Shown one piece after another: positions 53,331-64,000 of a DNA stretch of 64,000 nt. The notes below the pieces were generated by a model, which searched no databases, was not told the DNA's origin, and saw only the letters and a program-made list of their open reading frames with translations. Origin of the DNA: Macrostomum lignano (Eukaryota). The position numbers and the translations under genes were made by a program. The stretch spans positions 111,664 through 175,663 of the forward strand of contig NIVC01001857.1 of NCBI GenBank assembly GCA_002269645.1. Reading direction: 5' to 3'. Position 1 is the first letter of the stretch; every line of letters begins with the position of its first letter.

Positions 53331-53896
53331 CTAAGCATGTTCTGCCTTTGGAGTTGATTGCTAAGCTAGATAAAATATAATCATCAATTCATTTGTGGTA
53401 GATTTAGGGGAAGGCACACAAGGTGTGTGTCTCTCTTTATGTAATTAGAATTTTTTCTTTTATGGAAAATACACAACACATGATTATAATAATATATAAT
53501 ATGCATTAAACATATACTTTTAAGTCATCTGCATCCCTTATTTAAAATTTTCTGGATCTATATATGAGTCATTTAGCCTTAACTAGGCCTAACCTAAGCC
53601 TAGGCCTACTATAAAAAAATATAGTATAAAAATTTCAATTAAATAAATAAGATCAAGATTCTATCATAGTATCAGTTTCATACAAATTTTCTATAGTTAA
53701 AATATTAGTCAACATGCTTATTTTAGCATCAGTGATCAGTTGAATACTATAGGCCCAGGCCTACTGAATAATTTATGTCTACTCACTTATTCTTAAGTAC
53801 AGCCCATGTTAATTATTAGGCTTTAGCTTTGAGGCCACTTAGCTAGGTCAAAATATATAAAATAAATATGAATATCATTATCAATCAACAATCAAT

Positions 53897-54340
53897 GGCG
53901 ATCCTACAATTTTCCACTTTTAATTATTTTTCGGTTTTTTTCTGTATTTCAGCTAAGCCACAATGGCCAGTCATCTATCTGCACCAACAACAGTCATCCC
54001 ACCTGTAGAAATTGAACCTGCCAGTGCCAATGCATTGGCTGCCCTGGATGTCAGTCATCGGGAGCTGGTACTGCTGATACCAGACACGCAATCGGCAATG
54101 CGCTGGCTCAGTCGTTATGGGCTAATCTGAAAGACTGAAACTCTTTGCAGTGCGAGAACTGCAACATTGCTATGAGCCTATGTTGCCACAAAGTTGCTGA
54201 CTGTAGCAATGTCAGGCAAGTGGCGTTGGGCCTACAAGATGTGTCAGCAACATAGGGCCATAAGTTTATCGTCATTTCTTATTCCTGCTGTGCCATAATT
54301 TTTCGAAAAATAATTAAAAGCGGAAAACTGTAGGATCACC
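53897..54340 (+). mobile_element. Internally deleted Merlin/IS1016-like DNA transposon (444 bp)
   Basis: ~37-bp TIRs (GGCGATCCTACAATTTTCCACTTTTAATTATTTTTTCG and its inverse at 54304-54340). 8-bp TSD CAATCAAT/CAATCAAC. Internal decayed frame LIPDTQSAMRWLSRYGLI*..QCENCNIAMSL resembles the N-terminal zinc-finger region of eukaryotic Merlin transposases. GG-starting TIRs and an 8-bp TSD fit Merlin. Confidence 0.7.
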
Positions 54341-55196
54341 CAATCAACATGCCATGTTTTTTAGTTAGGCCTATCAATCAACATGGTCCATGGAGATGGA
54401 GGCCTATAATTTGCAAGGTGAAAGTTAATATTTTTATACCCACATTTTCATTTCCACAAAGGCCCAAAGCCATACATAGGTCGACTTTACTTCTTAAGTT
54501 CTTATTCTAGATTCCTAGGACCTAGACTAGACCTACTAACCTAATAATAGTCACAAATATTAACACTACAACTACAAGTACAACTACAAATACTATCCGT
54601 AAGCCCAATTAAAAAAAGATCAAGGATTGGTAAATCTACTCTGATGGTTTAAAGCTGGCAAAACAGTGATGTCTATTAATTTTTCAGTAGGGAGTTTGTG
54701 ATTTTGTAGAGGGCCGAGGCGCATGTGTAGTTGATGTTGGATGTTGCGTGGAAGGAACTCTCAACGCCTTCTGTGATTTTGGCTAGTTTTATTAAGCCTG
54801 ATAAAAAAGGATAAAGAACTAATTCTAGACCCTATTTATTTATATTCCGTTTACCTAGTGCTCTTATAAAACAATCGACTTTAAATGGCTCTATTAGTTT
54901 TACCGAAATACTTTTTTATTTAAATCTAAAACAAGTTGACCTAAAAACGAAAATTTAAAAATTCTAGAAGATTTATTATAAAATTCTTGACGCCCTTTCA
55001 AATACCTTACTTAATACAAATATCGTGTAGTACTCGTTTTCAGCGACCGTGTAAATTTTAACCTTTTGAATAAATACTAAATAAATCGGATCATACTGGC
55101 ATAACAGGCTCCTTAAGCCTGAGCCAAATTTACTACTACTACTACTACTACTACCGTTTTTATTTTTGGTGCGTCAGGCCTATACAAATGTCTCTT

Positions 55197-55453
55197 GGCC
55201 TTTTCATATTGCTTGTTCTGGTTCCAGAACCAGAACCAATTTGTGAAGTATAACTTTTTGTCTCCATAACTAGAGGGAAATACGTGCTATAAAGTTTTAT
55301 CATTGAATGACAATCGCCAACAAGAAAGTGAAAAATTGTGCTAAGTTAGGTTGTTAGGGCAGTCAAATATTAACAGAGTTTAATAGTTATACTGCTGTTT
55401 TTCTTGGAATTCCGAACCGATTCTGGTTCTGGAATAGGTAATATGAAAAGGCC
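55197..55453. mobile_element. MITE-like element with terminal inverted repeats GGCCTTTTCATATT..TTCCAGAACCAGAA
   Basis: Inverted pair at 55197-55240 and 55415-55453; no TSD identified. Confidence 0.55.
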
Positions 55454-56433
55454 CACTATGTGCTATAGTTTTCTAATCTAAAGGGTACTGTTTATATTCA
55501 AACTGGGAGGTATGATACCATAAATAATATGTACCAGTCAATTTGACATGTACGATGTACCCCCTAATTGTGCTTGTGCATATGCCCTACTATTCTCTGT
55601 GCAATGTGCATGACATACAACTCTCTTGCTCTCTTTTGTCTAATAAACATAGCTAATATCATAGAATTTTTTAAATTTACATTGTATCACTGTCACTGAT
55701 TCACTGAAAAGCAATTTGTGCAAACATAATATATACATGTTTTTATGATTATAGTGGGGCCTATAGGGCTATAGGCCTATCTATAGTGTTAGACATAGGC
55801 ACCAGTCTATTTAGCATTCAGCCCTAATCTATTAATAATTGTTGATAAGCATTTAGATTTTTCATTAACATTAATGAACTGCTGTTCAGATTTTTTGTGC
55901 TAGGCCCTAATAAATTAGTGGCCTAATAAATTTGTTAATATTTTTTGTGAGTTAAATAACAAATTTAGCATTGACAAGTCATTAATGTTAATGACAATAT
56001 CAATAGCCAAGATGCAAATAAAGAACAAAAGTATAAGTTTGATGACAAAAAGTTGCAACATTACTAATGTTTTTTTATTTTATTTAAGTGCCTAATTAAT
56101 CTTTTTAATTTGTTTATAACAAATAAGCATAAAAATATAACAACTTTGTCTTTGTATAAAAACTTTAAGGAATTAAAATTGTGAACTTTATTGCTTGCAC
56201 ATATAAGCATCCCATTATTTTGATTCAATTTTTTCTAAATCTTTTTAAATTGTAACTTTCTATTATACATAGGCCTATTAACTAATGCAACTAAAATAAC
56301 ATTGTTTGTCAATTATTGTTAACTAATTATATGTGCAACTCCCCTGATTTACATTAGCTATGCAACTTATTTTTTGACTAAAAATGCAACTTACCTATAA
56401 ATTTATATGTTCTAATTTTATCAATTAAATTCA

Positions 56434-56445
56434 TATCTTAATTTC

Positions 56446-56495
<50 letters not shown>

Positions 56496-56645
56496 CCAAT
56501 AATTGTAAATTATTATAAGTGGTTATTTATATATAGGTATTCATTGTAGCTTATTTATAGGTATATAAGGTATGTATAAATAACCACTTATATAATAATT
56601 TACAATGTATAGGCCTATATATATATATGCCTTGAAATTAAGATA
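56434..56645. repeat. AT-rich foldback (inverted repeat) containing (TA)n
   Basis: The arm TATCTTAATTTCAAGG(TA)nGGCC..ATTGTAAATTATTA..AAGTGGTTATTTAT is mirrored on the opposite strand with a ~35-bp spacer. Confidence 0.8.
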
Positions 56646-57076
56646 CAAGTTACATATAACTATTGCATATATTTTCTGATTATAAGCCTAGCAGTATGCA
56701 GTTCTACAAAAATACTATGAAATAATTTTAACAAATCCAAATATTTTAAATAATTATACAAATAGGCCTAACTAATGATATCATTGGATAGGGCCTAGTA
56801 ATATACTTCTAAATCTAAGTAAAAAAGGTAAGCAAAACTTTTAAAAAATTATCTGTAAGGTTTTTTTAATTAATATTTGCACTTATAATTGCAAAACATT
56901 TTATTAATGAAAAAGATCTTTTTTATACTTTTCTTTTTATTGTACTCCTTTCTTATCTTTTCTGTTTGTTAACAGCAAGGGGAGCATTTAAATCTTCTAT
57001 AATAAAAAGAATATTGCAGGTCAGTTAAGAGCTGCAGATCTATCTCAGGGTTCTATAGAGATTGACAATGGTATTA

Positions 57077-57410
57077 CAAGGGTCATCCCAAAAGTTTCAG
57101 CAAATGCCTATTAATTTTCAACAAACAAATGTCAGAACAATGAACATGTCAAAAACCTTCAAAATAACTTCCGTTGACTTGAATTGTGCGCTCCCAGTGG
57201 CCAGGCAACTTCTGAACACCGTCAGCAGCACCAGATTCACATAGGTCTTTTGCAATGCAGCCAACCTTGCTAAATAGGTCATCCAGGCAATGGAAATGAT
57301 GCCCTTGGAGCTGGTTCTTGAGCTTTGGAAAAAGGTTGAAATCGTAGGGACTGAGGTCTGGGGAGTAAGGAGGATGAGGCAGCACTTCCTGAGGCAGAAA
57401 TGATTCTTGG
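57077..57410 (-). mobile_element. Mariner transposon 3' fragment (transposase C-terminus and TIR)
   Basis: EVLPHPPYSPDLSPYDFNLFPKLK..GVQKLPGHWERTIQVNGSYFE carries the YSPDL motif. TA followed by CAAGGGTCATCCCAAAAGT at 57075 resembles a mariner TIR end. Confidence 0.85.
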
Positions 57411-58049
57411 ATTATTCTAAGATTGATTAAACTCATAATTTATTAATAGGATAATCCTGGTGGCAGTTACCAACATTTATAAAACAGGAGTTTAGCCCTT
57501 TGACAATTTTAGTGACAGCTGTGGAATCATTTGAAGAAACAGAAGAAACACCCCTTTGACAACTTTGGTGGCAGCATAAGGACTAAGCAGAGGCTCAGAA
57601 TTAGGACTTTATAAGACAGAGATAAGAGGCCTAGCACAGCTTGGTGGCATTAGGGGAATAGCTAAAAAGGGAAGCAACACCCCTGTTACAGCTTGGTGTC
57701 TCAGCGGTGGGATTCTCAATGTACAGGAAACACCACTAGCACAAAGGTTTTAGCAAAATTATCAATATACTCTAAAAGCTATTAGTCATTGCTTAACATA
57801 ATAGCCCTTGTTGATGTAAGTCTATAGCCTTTTTTAAGCTACTAAGACTATTGATAGCAGTCTACTAGGATATCTTACATGTATACTTTAAGCTAAAATA
57901 TAGTAAATATGTCAAATAATGAAATACTTTTTAATACAACTGCTATAACTTCATGCTTATTGATAAAAATATTCAGTTGAAGGGAAAGTTCTTGCCAATT
58001 TGAAAAACTTAAATTGTATTAAGTTTTTATAGAACTGAAGCAACTTCAC

Positions 58050-58950
58050 AAAGTGAAGTTATTTTAAGTTGCTCATTACTATCATATTTGATGACTTTCT
58101 GCCATCATTTGTGCAGACTCATGATGCCATCCTTATAGAACTTAGAGCTTGTTTTGAGGCAAAGAAGTTGTCCAGCCAAAGTTCATGCTCATCATTGAAC
58201 AATTTCTTTGCCATGGTGCTAGATAGGAATAGGAAGTTACAAGTATGAACAAGTGGTAATCCAATGGTGCAAGGTCCAGTTAATAAGGTAGATAAGGTAA
58301 AACCTCCTAGCCTAGATCAAGTAGCTTTTGCCAAGTAACCTTCACCATATGCGGCCATACATTGTTGTAAAAAGACAGACAGATCATGATTTAGGCATTT
58401 TTCTTTGATCTTTGCTACCAAATCATCTAGTTGCTAATAGTACTTGTTAGCTATAATTGTCAGGTTTAATGGCAATAGCTCATAGTGAATGTTGCCATTG
58501 CAGTCCCACCAGATACTGAGCATCACTTTCCTGACTTTTGAGTGGTGCTTTCAGTTGGCTGTGGTTTTGGCAATTTTTTTATCTACCCACAAAGCACAGC
58601 ATTTCACATTGATATATAAATACCACTTTTTGTCACTTATCATTATGGATGTTAGCCAATGGGTTGTGCAATAGTAGGATAGAAAAAAACATTGCAGCAT
58701 CAGTACAATGCCAATGCTCCAACTTGGTAAGGTTGTGGGATACCTATTATGCCACCTTGTACACCTTACCTAGCTGGCGTAGATGATCAATGATGGTCTG
58801 GTGTACCCCGAGGACATCTGCTATTTCATGCAAGGTTTGGTGGGGATTGGCTTCTATGAGCTAGTGCAGCTGCTCATCATCTACCCCCAATGGTTGACCT
58901 GATTGGGGCTGGTCTTTGAGTTTAAAGTTTCTATTACAGAAATGAAAGAA
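58050..58950 (-). mobile_element. Heavily decayed near-full-length mariner transposase pseudogene
   Basis: Manual translation: KDQPQSGQP..LIEANPHQTLHEIADVLGV..HLRQLGKV..*VSHNLT..SDKKW..; YNNVWPHMVKVTWQKLLDLG*EVLPYLPY*LDLAPLDYHLF; FYKDGIMSL.*WQKVI. These correspond to the mariner HTH, WVPH, GDEKW, HDNARPH and YSPDLAPSD motifs, with stops. Confidence 0.88.
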
Positions 58951-61107
58951 ATAGTCCTAGGCAGTTCTGTTAGACATGGTCCCCTCTCTAAATGCAGAGT
59001 TAATGTGACATACCACTGCTGGACATGCGTGGTACCTGCAGTTTAGGTTTACTGGTTTTGTCTACTTTAGAACTTAGTGGATTTTTGGGGTATATTGGTA
59101 GATTTCGCTGCCACCAGGTTCCTGCTGTTCCCTAATTCTAGCTTTAAGTTAAAGAACTGAGTCAGGACACCAATTCAGATTTGGTTAACACAAAAGTCTT
59201 AATAATAATAAACAGAAATGGTTATTTGTTTGTTGGTCTAAAGACCAACAAAAGTTGGTCTTTACATTAGTTCCTATCTTAAGTTTCCCCATTTTGTGCA
59301 TTAGGCAACACTCCCAGTTAGAGGCAAGACTCCTCTTGTGCAGGCCTAAGTATTCCCCTTTATATTTTCCCTTCTTACTGATTCTTAGCTGAGTTTCTAA
59401 GACAGGTTGCCACGGGATGCTTTCCCAAGAGCCCAACTGCTCTGTAGTTCTAAAGGATCCTGAAAACTAGCGATTTACCCCTGCTCTAATTATTTCCCCA
59501 GGTTGAAACTACTGATAGTAGGCAAAAAGCATGTTCGAACCTGCAATAATTCCCATTCCTAAAATTATGCCCTACTATACTGCCAACATATTAAGACCAG
59601 ATTTAAAGGTCATAGAGCAAATATCCACAGATATAGAGTTTTGAAATTTCCATTTTCTAGTGCTATTCTGAAGAAAATAGAAGGCAATGACTATGAAATG
59701 ATGCCCACCCATCCTGCTTTATAGCAATGGAAGGTTCTAGAACTTCAGAATTTGCCTTGTACTATATATTTTTTTAAATGGGCAAGAACTTTCCCTTCAA
59801 CCAAATATAAGATATTTAGGTAAACTATTAGTCAAACAAGATTTAAACAGGTAAAGTTTAGCCCTATTCATCAACCTACTGAAGAGAAAACTCAGTTATC
59901 TAGGAAACCTTCCTAGACCACTTTGCATATATATACCCTATCTTTTGTATTTCATGGTTTTTATGATTAGGGCTACTAGGTATATCTAGTCAGGTGGTAT
60001 AAATTTTGGTAAGATTTTTTCAAAACAAACTGATTATTGTCTTAATTTTTTTTTTAATTAGTGGTATAAGCTTGTGTAGACTGCAAAGCTGATAAAAATG
60101 GGCATTCAAAATGTGCTAGATATGAGCTTTAAAATATTTTGTCCCACCAAAGTTTTCCTACCTGGTACTATGTATAATTTGTGTAGTGTCCTGATTTTTA
60201 AAAGTTTGATAGGTCTACGTATCATTTGGAATTGCATCTTATCCTATCATAATTTCAGGTTAATTTCTATAAAAGAGATGATACCATTGGGTGTATATGC
60301 CGAATCTTCAAAGACACCTGGTCCTGATTAACAAATTCAACATTCTATCAGTGCTAATGTACATAGAAAAGTAAGTAAAAAATTCATTTTTTGTCTCATT
60401 TGTCATAAAAATATTTGTTTCTGTTTTCTACTTTCTACTTTTTCTACTGACAGTAGTGTTCGTGGTCTTATTAGTAAGCCATTCATTTCAAACATTTTAA
60501 AATGTTTTTTTGTATTTTCTGCTAACTAGGAAGCAGCATTTAGAATTTTATTTGAAGTGGCAAGTAATAACTTTAATACAAGTAATAATGTTATATTAAA
60601 TTTCATTTTTGAATTGTGCAAATTCACATTGTCAATCAAACTAATTTGTGTTGTTACAAATCCTTGTGTGTGCAGACAAAAAACATTATTTTACAAGTTT
60701 AAAAGTGCTTCTTTCAATGGGTTAGGTACACACTTTATTTGGATTCATCGACAAAAAAATTGATCTAAGTTGACAAAAATTAAGTATTTTTTGTACAAGC
60801 AACTTGTCTAAAACGGTTTGTAGAGCATGAATGAAGGTATAATTTATAGATGAAAAATTATATTTAAATAAGCAAAATTCAGGATTTCAAAATTCAATCA
60901 TCTTATCTGTTCTAAACTCATTCATGCTCATTAGACATAAATTTCAGGGTACAAGGTACTCGTAACAATATAAAATATTGTCAGATTCGTTAATATTTTC
61001 CTTGATTAGCTAAGCTCATTGGTAGTTTCTCAAAAATAGCTATAGAGATAATGAAAAAGTTATAAATTTCACTTGCATAGAAACCTAATAGATTGAAATT
61101 ATTTCTG

Positions 61108-64000
61108 TTAGATTGTGTAGATGTTGTGAAAGCGCACTGGCTGCTCCATGATTATAGGGAAGATGACTATTGACATTATACAGACGAGCAGCGCTATTTT
61201 TTGGTTGCTAATTGTCCTCATGGCTGAGTTAAAGTCGCACGGTATTGTAACATTGCGCAGTGCCGGGCAGTACTTCTCTGCGCCGCCGTCTGAACTCTCG
61301 TGGGCGCAGGTTCCATTAATGATGCGATAAGCGCCAGATGCAACCAGTTTTCGCATTAGTTTACAATTGAAGTCGAATGCATTTAGCTTGCGCTCACGCC
61401 AGTTCTCAATGACCAATAGAAACAGGTTTGTGTCCTTTAGCGAGGTCACGTAATAGAAGCCTTGCATGCAGGGTCCAGAGACGTTGCCAACTAGCATGCG
61501 ACTTTTGCCTAGTGCTGTCTCGTTTACCTCAAACGAGATTACATCCTGGATGCAGCCATACGAATTAGAGAAACCCGGTATTGGGCCCCTGGTTTTGTAT
61601 AGATCGTCGCTCTCCTCAGGTGTAGTCGGTATGCCGTTCATTGTAACCTTTGGCGCGCTGCCGGTGAAACTGCAAGTGCCCTGAAAATCTACGGACTCGT
61701 CGCGTTGGATTAGACTCTGTCGAATACAAGATTCATCATCACTTCGCCCTCTTTCTGGCCCAAAGTTACGCCTTTATACTTGCCTTCGTCCAGATCGGTT
61801 GCGGAGATAAAGTCCGGTGCCATTATAACGTTGACGCGATTGTCAAACAGATAGCAAAGCGTACTGCACTTGTTCTTAGTGCCGTCTGGACACGTGTATT
61901 TGGCGTTGCACGATTTAACTCCGTCCGAAGCTTGCATTAGATTATAGACTTTCCGATGGAAGTTATTGTAGTTGAGATCTAAGCTTGTAATAGCCTCGAT
62001 GCGCTCTGTTGCGCACCGCTTGCCGTGTTCGATATCCCTGCTTGGTCCCTTGGCCGCGCTAATGTAGCAGTAACCGCTAATGCACTCGATGCCTTCCTCA
62101 CATGGGCAGCCGCCTGGCTTGGCCTTTGTCGTGTTTGAAACTTCACAATCGGATAGGTTTTTATTCTCCATGCCTTCAAATACGGCCTGAGAAATTGTGA
62201 TAATTTTACCGCTGCCTGCCGAGTCGAAGTACGGCGTAGATATCGAAGTCTTCGTTGGCGAACTCTTTGTTCGACTGTACCAGGGCCGAGTAGTGGGATC
62301 GTACAACCTTACTGACCGATGTCCGGGATACGTTCTGAACACGCCGCTGCGCATGCCGACGTAGGTCCAGATAACCTCGTCTATCCAGCTGAACTGCCTG
62401 TCGCGCCATCTCTCTTCGATTGGTTGCGTTACTAGAATATAGGCGCGCACGCCTTTCTCGTATCTGCTACCATTTTCGCAGCTATCGTCGCTCGTGTTAC
62501 CCGTCATGTACTTGTGCGCCTCGAGAGTTTTACCAGCAAGATCGTCGTCGAAAAAGTATTCCAATGGTTCGCAGTAGCACTTTGGGGCTAGGAATATGCT
62601 TGAGTGTAGCTCAGTTACTCGCAGTTTCAAGTATTTCGACATGTTAAATTTGACGTTTAAATATTTGAAAACGTTTGGATAGACGCTGAGCACTTTGCTG
62701 CTATTGTATTCAATTAGCAGATTAAAGTAGCTAGTATTGCGAGGCTTTAGATATGTAAAGTCAACCTTCGGCTCGATCAATCTTCTGTACACTTTATCGG
62801 TCCTGGATAGAACAAAGGCCACTGAGTAGTCTGTATCGTTCACTTTGCTGTAGTAGTACTCTAATGGCATTGTTTCGTACTTAACTCCGGCCCTGTGGTC
62901 GCCTTTCGGAATGCCGCGTCTACCATTCTTTATTTCAACCATACCAGTTTTTCCGCTTATCATATTGCGAAACACAGTGTTAAACTCTTTTGGTACGCCT
63001 TTTTTGCTTTGCTCCATCCTTTGAATGTGAATGAATATTGGGTCGTCCTTCAGGGTTGCACTGCCTTTCAGTAGTGGATGGTAGATAGTTTGTCCTTCTT
63101 TATCGATCAGGAAGGATGTCACTGAGCCCCATTGCTTTCTTGTAACATAAGTTTCGATCTCTTCTAGCGTGGCATCGACTCCAACCACACCGATGGTTTT
63201 TTGCCTGCTCCCTTCAATTTTGCTAATTACTGGTACAGCGTGTGTAACCATAGTTCCTAGGCCAAAGGCGTCAATATAAGGTGAGGTCCACAGTCCTTCC
63301 GTGTTTGGAGAAATTCGAGCTAGAAAGTCAAAATAGTTATCCATACGCGAGATTAAATTTTCGCCGTTCTCTAATTTGCGTAAACTGCCACTGTGATTGC
63401 AGGCAAGTGCACCCGGGAACATTTGACCGTCGTCCTTAATGAGGTAGCTGAATATTCTTGCTTGCGGTCTTGTATTAAGATTAGTCGAGTTGACGATAGA
63501 CCAGACCCGTGTCCAATTGTACTTGCATACTGGACCGGGCACGTAGCCAGATCTTGTGTAATAGCCTGGTCCGCAACGCACTGTCTCGCCATCGGTATCT
63601 TTACCATCCGTAATAAAGATTAGAATAGATAAGCATCCAGTTCTAGCTGTAGAATTTAGAAGATCGAATGCCATTTGAAATCCGTGCTCCAATTCGCTAG
63701 TTCCGCCCGGTATGAGTCCATCAATTTTCTCCATCAGATCTTTTCTAAACTCGATTGTCGCTGGTACCATTTTGTTCACTTGACAGCTAAGCACTTCAGA
63801 TTTGAAGGAGTGCCACTTGCCGACTTCGTCCCAGTGGCTCGCTCGTGCACAAACAACATTTAAATAATCCTGCTTTGTAAGTGTCTTAATTACTGCCTTG
63901 GCAACTGATCTGGCGATGCCGAACTTTTCTCCAGCCATGCTGGCACTGCAGTCTATCACAATGACAACATCTTTTGGCGCCACTTGTAGCAGCAATGTAC
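61108..64000 (-). CDS. Alpha2delta / CACHD1-like VWA and Cache domain protein, 5'-partial, with a frameshift at ~61713-61722 (possible pseudogene or assembly error)
   Basis: VWA: PKDVVIVIDCSASM..GGTSE..IFITDG. Cache motifs: WTSPYIDAFGLGTMVTHAVP, VVGVDATL, FLIDKEGQTIYHP, GVFRTYPG..YDPTTRPWY, STPYFDSAGSGKIITISQAV. ORF1 stops at 61710; an overlapping frame (LIQRDESVDFQGTC..) continues to a hydrophobic C-terminus and stop at 61108. Confidence 0.88.

Noticed and set aside
55862-55994. 16-bp inverted pair TCATTAACATTAATGA
   Set aside because: Short, AT-rich, partly self-palindromic and without a TSD; insufficient for an element call.
60090-60320. Minus-strand SGHYTNY resembling a USP protease His box
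   Set aside because: It is surrounded by stops with no other USP motif; too short to support.
61679-61738. Tiny introns (11, 26 or 35 nt GT-AG) that would repair the alpha2delta-like frameshift
   Set aside because: 11 and 26 nt are too short. The 35-nt option has a weak donor (AGA|GTCTAA) and would delete the DFQ of the conserved D[YF]QxxC motif. It is kept only as a testable alternative.

Overview
Metazoan (eukaryotic) genomic DNA with about 30 distinct mini- and microsatellite arrays. The tandem-repeat load, arrays filling introns and an ATG-less first coding exon suggest a free-living flatworm such as Macrostomum; this is inference, not verified. Five protein-coding genes are supported. 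(1) A 2-exon LRR+Ig-like single-pass receptor on + (11503-13600) with a probable GC-AG intron. (2-4) A tight minus-strand cluster NME6 -> SCOC -> DBNL/Abp1 (51976-42672); NME6 exon 1 is absent from the ORF track. (5) The 3' part of an alpha2delta/CACHD-like VWA+Cache gene on - (61108-64000, runs off the window), which carries a frameshift. TE remnants: a 5'-truncated RTE-like LINE inside a minisatellite, a Merlin-like element with TIRs and an 8-bp TSD, two decayed mariners and MITE-like foldbacks. All but the LINE lie in a CpG-depleted, deaminated ~9-kb domain (52-61 kb). Top leads: NME6 has no start codon of its own, but its splice acceptor is exactly in frame for the AUG that ends flatworm spliced leaders; the three genes may form a trans-spliced operon; and Abp1 has a normally single motif amplified to 11 copies. 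Most long ORFs in the track are artefacts of tandem repeats.
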